Shown here: in pieces, positions 53,319 through 63,135 of the stretch
How positions within the stretch are numbered: the first letter of the stretch is position 1
Layout of the letters: each line of letters opens with the position of its first letter
From: Deltaproteobacteria bacterium
GTDB lineage: Bacteria; CALINM01
Direction: 5' to 3'
Length of the DNA stretch: 64,000 nucleotides
NCBI GenBank assembly: GCA_037442505.1
Contig: JBBIPZ010000001.1
Coordinates: 121,144 to 185,143, forward strand
Notes under the pieces: model-generated
Told to the model about the DNA's origin: nothing
The model's input: the letters and a program-made list of their open reading frames with translations, nothing else
The model's database searches: none
Made by a program: the position numbers and the translations under genes

Positions 53319-54125
53319 TTATTTGGTGAGAAGGTCTATAAAGCCCTGTATAGTTGATAACTTTCTTTCCGATTCACTATAAAGTTTTGCACTAAATATT
53401 GCCGTAGCAGCATGACCCGCAAGCAGTGTAAATAATTCATAATCGAGGTCAGTAAATCTTTCTTTTTGTAGCAACAGTTTGTAAATGGCAATTACACCGA
53501 TGGTTCGTTCCTTAATCTTTAAGGGGATGCAGGCAATTGGTAGCTCCTGTTCAAACTGCTCAAACATCGGAATAATCTCGCTAAAGTAGTTTTCCCCACT
53601 TTTTGCTGCCTTCCCAATGATACCTTTACCCAGCTTGGCATTTGTAACTTCAGAAATGTCCAAACCCTCTGTTGCGATTGGAGTGAGTTCGTTTGTCTTT
53701 TCGTCCAGGATAAAAAGCACAAAAATCTCTGCACCAATTAGATTAATTACAATCTCCATTATTATCTGGACAACTTCCTTAAAATTTAAGGTTGAGTGTA
53801 GTTGATAACTTGCTATATACAAATTGGCAAGGTTGTTGTTTTCGTTTTCTACCTCGACATATTTTTCCGCAAAATTCTTATTTTCGTTTTCGACTTCTTT
53901 GAAACGCTCCAAAAGCTCTTGTTTTTCAGCTTCTAAAAGAGCGATCTTTTTGTGACATTCTGCATGTGCATCAATTGATACGCCTCTATTTTTGAAAGAT
54001 TTTAGCTCCTCTTCTAAACGGGCAATCTGAAACCTGAGGCGCTCATTGTCGTGCAAAAGCTCTTTTACAAACTCTGCGGTCTTTTTAAAAGTGTTAAAAA
54101 ACTCTTCTGCCCGCTCTTTTGACAT
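53319..54125 (-). CDS. Coiled-coil + GAF domain protein
   Basis: N-terminal heptad-rich region of ~100 aa. The C-terminal domain has a GAF-like pattern (GAEIFVLFILDE...GIIGKAAKSG...PL-I--R-IGVIAIY). Confidence 0.6.
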   Translation of the reverse strand: MSKERAEEFFNTFKKTAEFVKELLHDNERLRFQIARLEEELKSFKNRGVSIDAHAECHKKIALLEAEKQELLERFKEVENENKNFAEKYVEVENENNNLANLYIASYQLHSTLNFKEVVQIIMEIVINLIGAEIFVLFILDEKTNELTPIATEGLDISEVTNAKLGKGIIGKAAKSGENYFSEIIPMFEQFEQELPIACIPLKIKERTIGVIAIYKLLLQKERFTDLDYELFTLLAGHAATAIFSAKLYSESERKLSTIQGFIDLLTK

Positions 54126-54167
54126 TTTTAAACCTCACAATAATGATAAAGTCATATTAAAAAAAAT

Positions 54168-55202
54168 TCAATCATAAACAGAAAGTTTTTTTGAAATAGC
54201 ACTTGGTATATTCCACAGTGGCAAGACTAAATCTGCTATTTTAGCTGTAACTATCTCTTTCGGCATACCGTAGATTATGGCAGATTCTACAGATTCTGCC
54301 CAAATTTCTGCACCCGCATTTTTTAATGCTATTGCCCCCATTTTGCCGTCTGACCCCATTCCTGTAAGAACTATTGCAGTAGTTCTTTTTGCAAAAGGAA
54401 CGAGAGAGTTAAACAAATGGTTAACCGAAGGGACGTAAATATCTTCGTCTTTCTTTTTATCTATCTTAATAAAAAGTGATGAATTTTTTTGTGTAACGGT
54501 CATATGATGTCCGCCGGGGCTAATATAAACGGACCCTGCTTTTATAAGTTCGCCATCTTTCCCTTCCGAAACATCAAGGTTTGTTATTCTGTTAAGTCTT
54601 TCGGCAAACACCTTTGTAAAACCTTCTGGCATATGTTGCGCAATCAATATGGCTGTATTAGGTAGTGACTTTATCTCTAAAAGTATCTTTTGAAGAGCCT
54701 GAGGCCCCCCCGTGGACGAACCAATTGCGATAATGCTAAGTGTCTCTTCGTGTTGAGGTGGTGGAGCAATAGTTTTCAGTTCTGTTTTCTTCTTAGGTGT
54801 TGTCGCCAACAATGCCGCTCTAATCTTGAAAATCAGGTCTTTCTTTATATCCAGAAGCTTTAATGATGCCTGTTGTGTTGGTTTGGCAACTAAATCTACA
54901 GCTCCTAACTCTAAAGCCTTAAATACGTTATCAGAGGATGCCATACTTGAAACTACAATTACAGGTGTAGGTTGTTCTGACATCAAGAAACGAAGAAAAG
55001 AAAAACCGTCCATTTCAGGCATTTCGAGGTCCAGTGTAATTAAATCAGGCTTAAGTTGAATCGCCTTTTTTAAACCATCTACTCCATTGGTTGCCGTATC
55101 AACAACTTGAAAATCAGGTTCGCTTTCGATAAGCTCCTTTAAGACCTTGCGTGTAAAAGGTGAATCATCTATAACAAGGATTCGTTTCATTTTTTTTCTC
55201 AT
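54168..55202 (-). CDS. cheB: Chemotaxis response regulator protein-glutamate methylesterase
   Basis: N-terminal REC (ILVIDDSPF, LDLEMP). C-terminal CheB methylesterase (GSSTGGPQAL, HMPEGFT, GMGSDG). Confidence 0.92.
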   Translation of the reverse strand: MRKKMKRILVIDDSPFTRKVLKELIESEPDFQVVDTATNGVDGLKKAIQLKPDLITLDLEMPEMDGFSFLRFLMSEQPTPVIVVSSMASSDNVFKALELGAVDLVAKPTQQASLKLLDIKKDLIFKIRAALLATTPKKKTELKTIAPPPQHEETLSIIAIGSSTGGPQALQKILLEIKSLPNTAILIAQHMPEGFTKVFAERLNRITNLDVSEGKDGELIKAGSVYISPGGHHMTVTQKNSSLFIKIDKKKDEDIYVPSVNHLFNSLVPFAKRTTAIVLTGMGSDGKMGAIALKNAGAEIWAESVESAIIYGMPKEIVTAKIADLVLPLWNIPSAISKKLSVYD

Positions 55203-55208
55203 TCTTAC

Positions 55209-56057
55209 TCAGGGCTTTTGATAAACCATATCATTTTTAAAATGCCTTATTGTGAAAGAGGTTGATATGTTAATAAGAGATTCTGCATGTCCTAAAAGCA
55301 AAAATCCACCTCTTTCCAACTTTTCATAAAAATTTTCAACAACGGCTTTTCTTGAAGCTCCATCAAAATATATTAGCACATTCCTGCAAAAAATAATATC
55401 CATCGTTGGTAAAAACCCTATCTTGTTTTTGTCAAGAAGATTTAGATTTCCAAAACTAACAAGTTCTCTTATTGGTGCCTTAACTTTTGCTCCAGCTGTA
55501 CCCAAATCATCAAAAAACTTTCTTTTTTGTTCTTCTGTGGTAGAACGAAAAGAGTTCTGATAATAAACGGCTTCTCTTGCTATTTTTATACACCGCTGAC
55601 TGATATCGCTGCCAAAAATGCTGACCTTATAGTTGTCAAAGATATCTTTTTTGCTGTAAAGGAGCATTGCTATTGTGTAAGGTTCTTCGCCAGTGGAGCA
55701 GCCAGCTGACCAGATTCTTATAACATCACCTTTATTTTTATTTTTCACAACCTCGTAAATGATCTCATCTGTGAATGCCTTTAACTGATAATCTTCACGA
55801 AAAAAGTAGGTTTCATTTGTGGTGATGGTATCGTAAATAAAAACAAACTCTTCCTCTTTTTTTTTGTCATACTTTAAGAAAAAGATGTATTCTCTAAAGC
55901 TTTGAAACTTAAGTTCCTTTAACCTTGTGCCCAAACGTTTTTCAAGAATATACTTAGAACTGTCGTCAAAAAATATACCACACTTATCTTTTATAAGATC
56001 TCTTAGTGTTCGGAACTCCTCGTCAGAAAGCTTTATTCCAGAAGTCATTTCCCACAT
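55209..56057 (-). CDS. cheR: Chemotaxis protein methyltransferase
   Basis: CheR N-terminal helical domain plus SAM-MTase (IWSAGCSTGEEPYT, GSDIS). Confidence 0.9.
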   Translation of the reverse strand: MWEMTSGIKLSDEEFRTLRDLIKDKCGIFFDDSSKYILEKRLGTRLKELKFQSFREYIFFLKYDKKKEEEFVFIYDTITTNETYFFREDYQLKAFTDEIIYEVVKNKNKGDVIRIWSAGCSTGEEPYTIAMLLYSKKDIFDNYKVSIFGSDISQRCIKIAREAVYYQNSFRSTTEEQKRKFFDDLGTAGAKVKAPIRELVSFGNLNLLDKNKIGFLPTMDIIFCRNVLIYFDGASRKAVVENFYEKLERGGFLLLGHAESLINISTSFTIRHFKNDMVYQKP

Positions 56058-56060
56058 ATA

Positions 56061-57959
56061 TCAGTCTCCGGTTGAGATACTTTCTTGAGAAATGTGGACG
56101 GGTAAATAATCTTTTCCTTTTTCTTTTTCGATAAGTGAAGTTAATTTTAGTGAAACATCTTCCATTCCTGCTGTTCTGAAAAAGTTTGTCAATTCAATAA
56201 AGATATCTTTATCATCAAACTCAAAAGCTTTTTTTATAAAAAGTTCAGAGGAAAGAGGCAAGCCTTTTTCCAGAAGTGTCAATAAACCGAAAAAGGAGAA
56301 TGGTGTTACATCTTCAAATATTTTTTCTTGATGTTTTGCCAATATTTCCGGGGCAAGCTTATAGATGCTCTCTATCACTGTCTTTTTTATCTGTAGATCT
56401 TCACTGGCAAGAAAGTTTACTAAAGTTTCGACACAATCTTTGTTTCCAATATTCCCCAACGCCTCTATCACTCTAAGTTGTACATTTTCATTTTCATCTG
56501 TAAGATAAAAAAGTAGTTCATTTGTTAAATCTTGTACTTTTCTCTCTCCAATGATTTGAACAGCCTTTTCCCGTACATCAGAAAATGGGCTCTTCAATGC
56601 CTTGTTTAGATAATTTTTGTTTATAGAATCGGTCTTATGAAGCAGTTCAAGGATGGAAAGCAGTTTATCCTTTTCGCCGTGTAAGAAAATTTCATCGGCG
56701 ATATAGTATGGGAAATTATCTTTGTTTATCAACAAAGACAGAGAATTTACAGCTTGTTCTCTCACATCAGGATAAGGATCGTTCATTAGCTTAAACAGAC
56801 AGTTAATAGCAGCTTCTCCTCCCAATCTACCTAGAGAAAATGCAATAGCCTGTCTTGTGTGCCCAAATTGAGCCTGACATAACTCGATAAGCTTTGTCTT
56901 TGCATCATAAGCTCCAAAAACACCACACAGATATGCAAGATATGCCTGTTTTTTGTCGTGATATTTGTCCAAACTGGATACAATCAAAGAGATATTGCTG
57001 AATGGCGCATAAGAAGAGAAGCTTCCAAAAAGCTCCAATGCCTCATCATCAGCCTTTTCAATAAGTGATTTAAAAAACTTTTCATCTTCAGTTATAAAAG
57101 CAAGCAGAGCAAAAACTTTCGATTCGTTGGTAGAAGGTTCAAAAAGTTTCTCGTAAATCTCGCAATATGTTATGCAATCTTTCACTGACTTTTTAAGTTC
57201 TGAAAGTTTATCAGGATTTTGTTCAAAAAGTTCATATAATTTTCGTGCAGCATTTATTTTTAAGTAATTTGAATTTTCAGAAAATGATTTTTTTAGCAGT
57301 TCAACATTATGAGGTGGTTTTATGAGTGGAAGCAAATCAAGGATTGGCTTTCTTAGCTGTGAAACATCAAAAAGAGGTATGATCTTTTCTGCATCAAAAG
57401 GCACACCAATCTGGGCAAGCGCTTCAATAATAACAAATGAAAGCCATTGTTTTTCAGGATCTAACAGGTTCATTAAAGACGTAACAGCATTTTCACAACC
57501 AATTTTGCCTATATTTTCACATGCAGCAATAACAACATTTTCTGACGTGTCGTTGAGCGCATCTATAAGAAAACTACATACGTCTTTACAGCGAATATCG
57601 CCCATAATATCAAGGATAAACTTTCTTACGTCTTCGTCAGCAGCAGAAAAATGTTTTTTTAAATAAGGTATTGCAGGTATGCCAATTAAAGAAAGGGCTT
57701 CTTGTGATGCATTCCTTAACCCTGCGTTTTCTTCAGATGAAAGACCTAAAATAAGTAGTTTAATTATAGCTTCATCTGGATACCTTGTGGCAAGCTCAAC
57801 AGCCTCTTTTCTTACCCGCCAGCTTTTGTCACCAAGGCATTCAAAAAAAAGTTCAAGATTGCTATCGGTTTGAGTAAAATTTTCTTTTAAAGAGATTATT
57901 TGTGCACGTTTTTTTTCTTCCCTTTCGAGATCTTCCATTTTATCTTCCTTGTTTTTCAA
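56061..57959 (-). CDS. HEAT/PBS-lyase repeat protein embedded in che operon
   Basis: 632 aa, all alpha-helical, with recurring ...R--A--ALG-IG... HEAT-like repeats (VRKEAVELA, VREQAVNSLS, VREKAVQIIG, VQLRVIEALGNIG). Confidence 0.7.
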   Translation of the reverse strand: MKNKEDKMEDLEREEKKRAQIISLKENFTQTDSNLELFFECLGDKSWRVRKEAVELATRYPDEAIIKLLILGLSSEENAGLRNASQEALSLIGIPAIPYLKKHFSAADEDVRKFILDIMGDIRCKDVCSFLIDALNDTSENVVIAACENIGKIGCENAVTSLMNLLDPEKQWLSFVIIEALAQIGVPFDAEKIIPLFDVSQLRKPILDLLPLIKPPHNVELLKKSFSENSNYLKINAARKLYELFEQNPDKLSELKKSVKDCITYCEIYEKLFEPSTNESKVFALLAFITEDEKFFKSLIEKADDEALELFGSFSSYAPFSNISLIVSSLDKYHDKKQAYLAYLCGVFGAYDAKTKLIELCQAQFGHTRQAIAFSLGRLGGEAAINCLFKLMNDPYPDVREQAVNSLSLLINKDNFPYYIADEIFLHGEKDKLLSILELLHKTDSINKNYLNKALKSPFSDVREKAVQIIGERKVQDLTNELLFYLTDENENVQLRVIEALGNIGNKDCVETLVNFLASEDLQIKKTVIESIYKLAPEILAKHQEKIFEDVTPFSFFGLLTLLEKGLPLSSELFIKKAFEFDDKDIFIELTNFFRTAGMEDVSLKLTSLIEKEKGKDYLPVHISQESISTGD

Positions 57960-58839
57960 GAAGCTCTATCATAGATTCGTAAATAAGGTCTTTTGCCTTG
58001 TTTGCCACTTCAGGGATTTTTTTAGTCAAATGAACGATACCATCGTCTATGTCAATTTTTAGCTGTTGATAGAAGTTATTTTTATTTAAAAACTTAATCT
58101 TTTCCTGGTTATAAAGTGCAATATCAGAGACGATTAATCGTGCCAATTTTTTTGCACGTTCTGGAACGTCTTTAATCGAGTTTATATAATCGTTCTCGTG
58201 TTGCTTTATTTTGTCTCGTTCAACATCTATATTTTTTTCGTCAAGCAGGATATCTCTGTTGTCTTTCAGTGCTTCTTTAGCAATTACAGTTGTTTCGACT
58301 GTTTTTTCTACCTGTGTAGAAATGTTTGTGCCTTTCAGGTGTTTAAGTAGTTTTGGCAAAAGATCATCAGGAATATGATGTTTTTCTATGTAATCATCTG
58401 CACCGTAAAGATTTTGTGGTTTTCTTTTATAACGAGTTCTGTCATAAATTGATGCTACAAGAATTATCTTAGTGTTTTTAAGCTCAGGATCGTTTTTAAT
58501 CTTTTCACATAGCTCAAAACCAAATATGCCCGGCAACGCCACATCAATAATGACAGCCGCAGGTTTTGTCACTTTTACAAGTTTTAGTGCCGCATGTCCA
58601 TCGTAGGCATAATCTATCGAAAAATCTGCACGTTCTAAAATTTTTCTTATTACGTTCACGACGCGAAAATCGTCATGTGCTACGACAATTTTATTAGAGT
58701 TGTTAGAATTTTCAGTAGCGTTTAATGAAACAACAAAGCTTGAAAAACATTTTTTACACGTAACGGATAATTTTTGCCTGTTTTGGGGGAGTTTGTTCAA
58801 GGCGTATCGGGCTTTACATTGGGGGCATGTGATAATCAA
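57940..58839 (-). CDS. MJ0042-type zinc-ribbon + receiver domain + C-terminal helical domain response regulator
   Basis: MIITCPQCKARY...VTCKKCFSSF zinc ribbon. REC domain (VVAHDDF...IIDVALP...K). ~120-aa C-terminal domain. Confidence 0.7.
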   Translation of the reverse strand: MIITCPQCKARYALNKLPQNRQKLSVTCKKCFSSFVVSLNATENSNNSNKIVVAHDDFRVVNVIRKILERADFSIDYAYDGHAALKLVKVTKPAAVIIDVALPGIFGFELCEKIKNDPELKNTKIILVASIYDRTRYKRKPQNLYGADDYIEKHHIPDDLLPKLLKHLKGTNISTQVEKTVETTVIAKEALKDNRDILLDEKNIDVERDKIKQHENDYINSIKDVPERAKKLARLIVSDIALYNQEKIKFLNKNNFYQQLKIDIDDGIVHLTKKIPEVANKAKDLIYESMIELLEKQGR

Positions 58840-59303
58840 ATTATGCCCTCCTTAAGTCTTTTATGGTGAGGCAAGACATGTTCTATGAAAAGCCTTTCGA
58901 TATCCAAAATCATTATTACCTTACCGTCCAGATAAAAACCGCCAGAAAAATAATTGTGTTGAATATTAGAGACAAGACCTGGAGTGGGAAGAATTTTATC
59001 TTCATCTATTCTCAATATATCTTCTATATCATCACTTTTTAGCCCGACAATTTTTTTCTTTACTGCAACTATCAATATCTTGTTTTTTTTCTGTTCTTTC
59101 TGAATTTCATTTTCCATGCCTAAAAGACGCCTGGTATCAATTAATGGCAAAAAAAAGCCTCTTAAATGAATCAGTCCATCAAAGAAATAAGGAGCCTGAG
59201 GCAGTTTAGTTGGTTGGGAGTAAGGTATAATTTCCCTTGCGTATTTTAACTCTACGGCAAATAACTGTTCATTTAGTTTCAGTAATAAAAACTTTTTTTC
59301 CAT
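58836..59303 (-). CDS. cheW: Chemotaxis coupling protein CheW
   Basis: 155 aa. LFAVELKYAREIIPY-QPTKLPQAPYFFDGLIHLRGFFLPLIDTRRLLG is the CheW pattern. Confidence 0.88.
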   Translation of the reverse strand: MEKKFLLLKLNEQLFAVELKYAREIIPYSQPTKLPQAPYFFDGLIHLRGFFLPLIDTRRLLGMENEIQKEQKKNKILIVAVKKKIVGLKSDDIEDILRIDEDKILPTPGLVSNIQHNYFSGGFYLDGKVIMILDIERLFIEHVLPHHKRLKEGII

Positions 59304-59308
59304 AATAT

Positions 59309-59947
59309 TTAAAAATTCAATATTTTTTCTAAATCGAGCATTCTTATCATTCTATCATTAAATAAGGCAACACCTTTTATGAACTCTTGTTTTGCACCTG
59401 ATAAATTCATAGGTGTAGGAATAATATCGTTTGTAGAAATTTTCGCGATTTGGGTTATCGCATCAACAATTAAACTTATTTTCTCGTTACAGCATTCGAT
59501 AATTACAATTTTAGAATTAATTGAATCAATTAATGCTGGTATGTCAAGTAGCTTTTTTATGTCAAATATGGGCATCACTTCTCCACGAATAGAAATGATA
59601 CCTAATATAAAATCCAATGTTTTAGGAACTTCTGTCAGTGGTCTGTTTTTAATAATTTCTTTTACAAAGCCAACATCTATGGCGTATTCTTCTTCCCCTA
59701 ATTTAAAACACAAAAACTCTTTTAACTCTCTGGTGTCCTTTACGGAGTATTTCCTGTATAGATTCTCCTCATCTATAAACTCGATGTGATCATCAATTTG
59801 TTCTTTATATTCAGATATTTCTTGCTTAGGAGGCACAGGCATTACTTGTGTCGTTTCTTGTGCAAAACTTTCCTGTTTTTCTTCAATAAGGTTAGCAGGT
59901 TGTTCCTTTTTCTTTTTACTTTTCTTTCTAATCTCAGCAATATTCAT
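59309..59947 (-). CDS. CheW-domain protein with ~60-aa N-terminal extension
   Basis: FLCFKLGEEEYAIDVGFVKEIIKNRPLTEVPKTLDFILGIISIRGEVMPIFDIKKLL. Confidence 0.8.
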   Translation of the reverse strand: MNIAEIRKKSKKKKEQPANLIEEKQESFAQETTQVMPVPPKQEISEYKEQIDDHIEFIDEENLYRKYSVKDTRELKEFLCFKLGEEEYAIDVGFVKEIIKNRPLTEVPKTLDFILGIISIRGEVMPIFDIKKLLDIPALIDSINSKIVIIECCNEKISLIVDAITQIAKISTNDIIPTPMNLSGAKQEFIKGVALFNDRMIRMLDLEKILNF

Positions 59948-59950
59948 AAT

Positions 59951-60754
59951 TTAGTTCCAATTAAGGTATTCTGCAGCTGCTTCTTCAATAATCCCTGTAT
60001 CAATATACTTTTTTTCGTGAGCAAATGCAATAAGTAAAGCGTTCTGTGCTATATGGTTTATCACCCTCGGAATTCCTTTTGAGTGTTTATAAATAAGCTT
60101 TGAGCTTTCAATGTTAAAAGGATTTTGTCTGGCTCCAGCTATATTAAGCCTATGTTCAATGTATTTTACTGTCTCTTCTTCTGTTAAAGGGCCTAAGTGG
60201 TAAAAAAAACCAACCCTCTGCTTAAACGCCTCCCAGTTTCCGCGTTTCATTTTTTCTTTTAGCTCGGGTTGCCCTAAAAGTATGATAGATATAAGATTTT
60301 CATCATCTAACTGAAAATTCGTAATAATTCTTATTTCTTCAAATATGTCTTTGGTCGTTATTAGTTGAGCTTCATCAATGATTAATATGGGCGTTTTGCC
60401 ATTTTCGTAAAATTTGAAAAGTATTTCATAAATCTGTTCCATCAGGTCTTTTTTAAAGTATTTAGGTTCTTTACCGGAAAAACCTTTAACGATGTTACGT
60501 AAAAACTGCGTTGGTGTGCCCCTCGGGTTTATCATAACATAGGGTACAAAACTGTCATCAAGTAAATCTAAAAGTTTTCTCGAGAGTGTAGTCTTTCCGC
60601 AGCCGATATCACCTGTAACAACAATAATTTCTTTCTCTTCGGCGCCATACTGCATTCTGGCAAGCGCTTCTTTATGTTCTTTGCTGAGATAAATAAACGT
60701 AGGATCAGGTGTTTTTGAGAATGGTTTTTGTTTTAAACCAAAAAAGTTAAGCAT
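59951..60754 (-). CDS. ExeA/GspA/MshM-family AAA+ ATPase (AAA_22) embedded in che operon
   Basis: FFGLKQKPFSKTPDPTFIYLSKEHKEAL-RMQYG is the ExeA N-motif. Walker A GDIGCGKTT. Walker B LIIDEAQ. Confidence 0.75.
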   Translation of the reverse strand: MLNFFGLKQKPFSKTPDPTFIYLSKEHKEALARMQYGAEEKEIIVVTGDIGCGKTTLSRKLLDLLDDSFVPYVMINPRGTPTQFLRNIVKGFSGKEPKYFKKDLMEQIYEILFKFYENGKTPILIIDEAQLITTKDIFEEIRIITNFQLDDENLISIILLGQPELKEKMKRGNWEAFKQRVGFFYHLGPLTEEETVKYIEHRLNIAGARQNPFNIESSKLIYKHSKGIPRVINHIAQNALLIAFAHEKKYIDTGIIEEAAAEYLNWN

Positions 60755-60774
60755 TCTTTTAAATCCTCAGATGT

Positions 60775-62742
60775 TTACATTTTTGCACCAATCTCATCAA
60801 GTAAACCGGAAGGATCCAGCACCAGTATAATTTTGCCATCCCCAATCTGAGTAGCACCAGCAATACCACGTGTTTTGATAAATTTACCCATAGATTTTAT
60901 AACTATGTCACTGTATCCAATTATCTCATCCACCACTATACCCGCCTTTTTTTCGCCAACCTTTAAAATAACTAAAAAACGAAATGTTTCAGGCATCTCG
61001 CCAAACTCGAAAATTTTTTCTAAATATGATACTGGTAAAGCAGAATTTCTAAAATTGATTACATCTTCTCCAGAAATCTTAAGTAAATGTCCCTTGTTAA
61101 TTTCAACCACTTCTTCTACAGAAGCTATAGGGATTGCAAACAACTTCCCTGTTGTCTTAATGATTATTGACTGAATTATTATCAATGTGAGTGGAAGTGT
61201 AAGGATAAAAGTAGTTCCAACATCTTTCTCTGATTTAACATCAACTATGCCTCTAAGTCTTGTTAAATTGCTTTTTACTACATCTAAACCAACCCCCCTG
61301 CCAGAAATTTCTGTGGCAACATCTTTTTCGCTAAAACCGGGGGTAAATATTGTCTGAATAAGGTAATCATCAGAAACATCCTGATCGGAGGTAATTTTTC
61401 CAGTTTTAATCAGTTTTTCTCTAATTTTAACCAAATCGATACCTTTACCATCGTCTTTTACCTCAATATAAACATTGTTACCTTTTTGATATGCAGAAAG
61501 CTCTATGTGCCCAACAGTTGGCTTCCCTTTTTGTTTACGTATTTCAGGCTCCTCAATCCCGTGATCGATTGCATTACGAATAATATGCATCAAAGGATCT
61601 GCAAGCTCCTCTATTAAATATTTATCAAGTTCGGTTTCTCCGCCTTTAACTACAATGGACAACTCTTTTTTTAACTCATGGGCAATCTTTTTTACGTTTC
61701 TTTCTAATTTTTCGAACAGTTGATTAAGTGGCACCATTCTCACAGCCATCACCGATTCCTGTAACTCGTTAATCTTTTTCCCAAGCGCATTTACAACTTT
61801 AGAAAGAGTAAGATTTAACTCATTGTTGTGTAAATGCATCTTTACATTTTCTATAAGCTGCATAACCTCCGTTTTTTGAGTTACAAGTTCACCGACGATA
61901 TTCATTAAATTGTCCAGCTTTGATATGTCCACCCTTATGGTATTGCTGATACTTTTTAGCTGTCCAGTGTCTATGTCCCTGCCGGTAATGTCTTTATCTT
62001 CATTAGTGATAAACCTTTCTTCGATTAGTTTTTCTATTTCATAAATATATTTTCCCTTTATGGGGATCTCATCTGGAGATTTTTCCGTTGCAAAGATTAA
62101 AGAAAATATGATGTTTCCGGGCTGGTCAGATGGTTTAGGCAGTGTGCTTATAAGCTCTCCAGAAGTTTTTAAGATAGAAGTGATTTCGTTCAATCGTTCA
62201 TCAAACTCTTCTAAGGAAAAGACAAACTGAATAGAATAAATATTTCTTCCTTTTTTTAGATTATCAGACAACCTGTGTTCTTCATACTCTGTAAGTACGT
62301 TTTTAAGTGTTGCAAGGACTGAAGAGGACCTTTCCTCAGTTTGAGAATTTTTTGTAAATACTTGACTTATTTTTTCGACAAATGGGTCTATCGGGATATC
62401 ATCCTTACTTCCATCTGCAATCTTTTTTATATTAGAAACAATTAAATCTTTGCCTTCTAAAAGTATGTCAAAGACCTGATTATCAACGACAAGTTTCCCG
62501 AGCCTGATTTTATCCAAAAAACTTTCAAGCTGATGGGAAAGATTGGAAAGATTGGAAAAACCAAACATGCCTGAAATACCTTTAATGGTATGAAAGTCGC
62601 GAAAAATCGCATTTATTAGCTCTGGGGACTCTTTCCCCTCTGTAGAGAGTTCTTCAAAAGAAAACAGATTCTTTTCAATGTTTTCAACAAGCTCTTCGAC
62701 TTCAGCTATAAACTCTTTTAACGCTTTGTTATTTTCTGGCAT
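60775..62742 (-). CDS. cheA: Chemotaxis histidine kinase CheA
   Basis: HPt (FHTIKGISGMFGF), dimerisation domain, HATPase (DDGKGID, GRGVGLDVV) and C-terminal CheW-like domain. Confidence 0.93.
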   Translation of the reverse strand: MPENNKALKEFIAEVEELVENIEKNLFSFEELSTEGKESPELINAIFRDFHTIKGISGMFGFSNLSNLSHQLESFLDKIRLGKLVVDNQVFDILLEGKDLIVSNIKKIADGSKDDIPIDPFVEKISQVFTKNSQTEERSSSVLATLKNVLTEYEEHRLSDNLKKGRNIYSIQFVFSLEEFDERLNEITSILKTSGELISTLPKPSDQPGNIIFSLIFATEKSPDEIPIKGKYIYEIEKLIEERFITNEDKDITGRDIDTGQLKSISNTIRVDISKLDNLMNIVGELVTQKTEVMQLIENVKMHLHNNELNLTLSKVVNALGKKINELQESVMAVRMVPLNQLFEKLERNVKKIAHELKKELSIVVKGGETELDKYLIEELADPLMHIIRNAIDHGIEEPEIRKQKGKPTVGHIELSAYQKGNNVYIEVKDDGKGIDLVKIREKLIKTGKITSDQDVSDDYLIQTIFTPGFSEKDVATEISGRGVGLDVVKSNLTRLRGIVDVKSEKDVGTTFILTLPLTLIIIQSIIIKTTGKLFAIPIASVEEVVEINKGHLLKISGEDVINFRNSALPVSYLEKIFEFGEMPETFRFLVILKVGEKKAGIVVDEIIGYSDIVIKSMGKFIKTRGIAGATQIGDGKIILVLDPSGLLDEIGAKM

Positions 62743-62744
62743 AG

Positions 62745-63122
62745 TTACAGTCCTAATAATTTTTTGACCTGTTCTTTTAACATTTCAGCGGTAAAAGGCT
62801 TTTTTAAATACGAACTTGCCCCCATAGACATAGCACGCTTTAGATCCTCTTCTTTTGTCTCCGTGGATATCATTAGTACAGGAATATTTTTGTAAAGTTC
62901 TGATTTTTTAACAAAACTTAAAAGTTCAAGCCCGTTAATATCCGGCATATTTATATCAGATATAATGAGAGATAACTCTCCTCTTGGCAGTTCTCTTAAT
63001 GCCTCAAATCCTGTCTTCGCCTCGAAAAATGTAAAATTGCCCAGTTCTTCTAAACTTGAGATGATAAAAGCCCTCATTGCGCTTGAATCATCTACAATCA
63101 TAACCTTTTTGAGTTCTTCCAT
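62745..63122 (-). CDS. cheY: CheY response regulator
   Basis: VMIVDDS, SDINMP and KP motifs. 125 aa. Confidence 0.9.
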   Translation of the reverse strand: MEELKKVMIVDDSSAMRAFIISSLEELGNFTFFEAKTGFEALRELPRGELSLIISDINMPDINGLELLSFVKKSELYKNIPVLMISTETKEEDLKRAMSMGASSYLKKPFTAEMLKEQVKKLLGL

Positions 63123-63135
63123 TTTAAAGACCTCT

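Noticed and set aside
55187-55202. Alternative cheB start (MKRILVIDD at 55187 vs MRKKMKRIL at 55202)
   Set aside because: Both ATGs have weak purine-rich upstream context. The start cannot be resolved from sequence, so the longer ORF was kept.
59379-60037. Two plus-strand ORFs (136 aa and 83 aa) opposite cheW-like/ATPase genes
   Set aside because: Antisense to well-supported che-operon genes. Hydrophobic/Phe-rich shadow translations.
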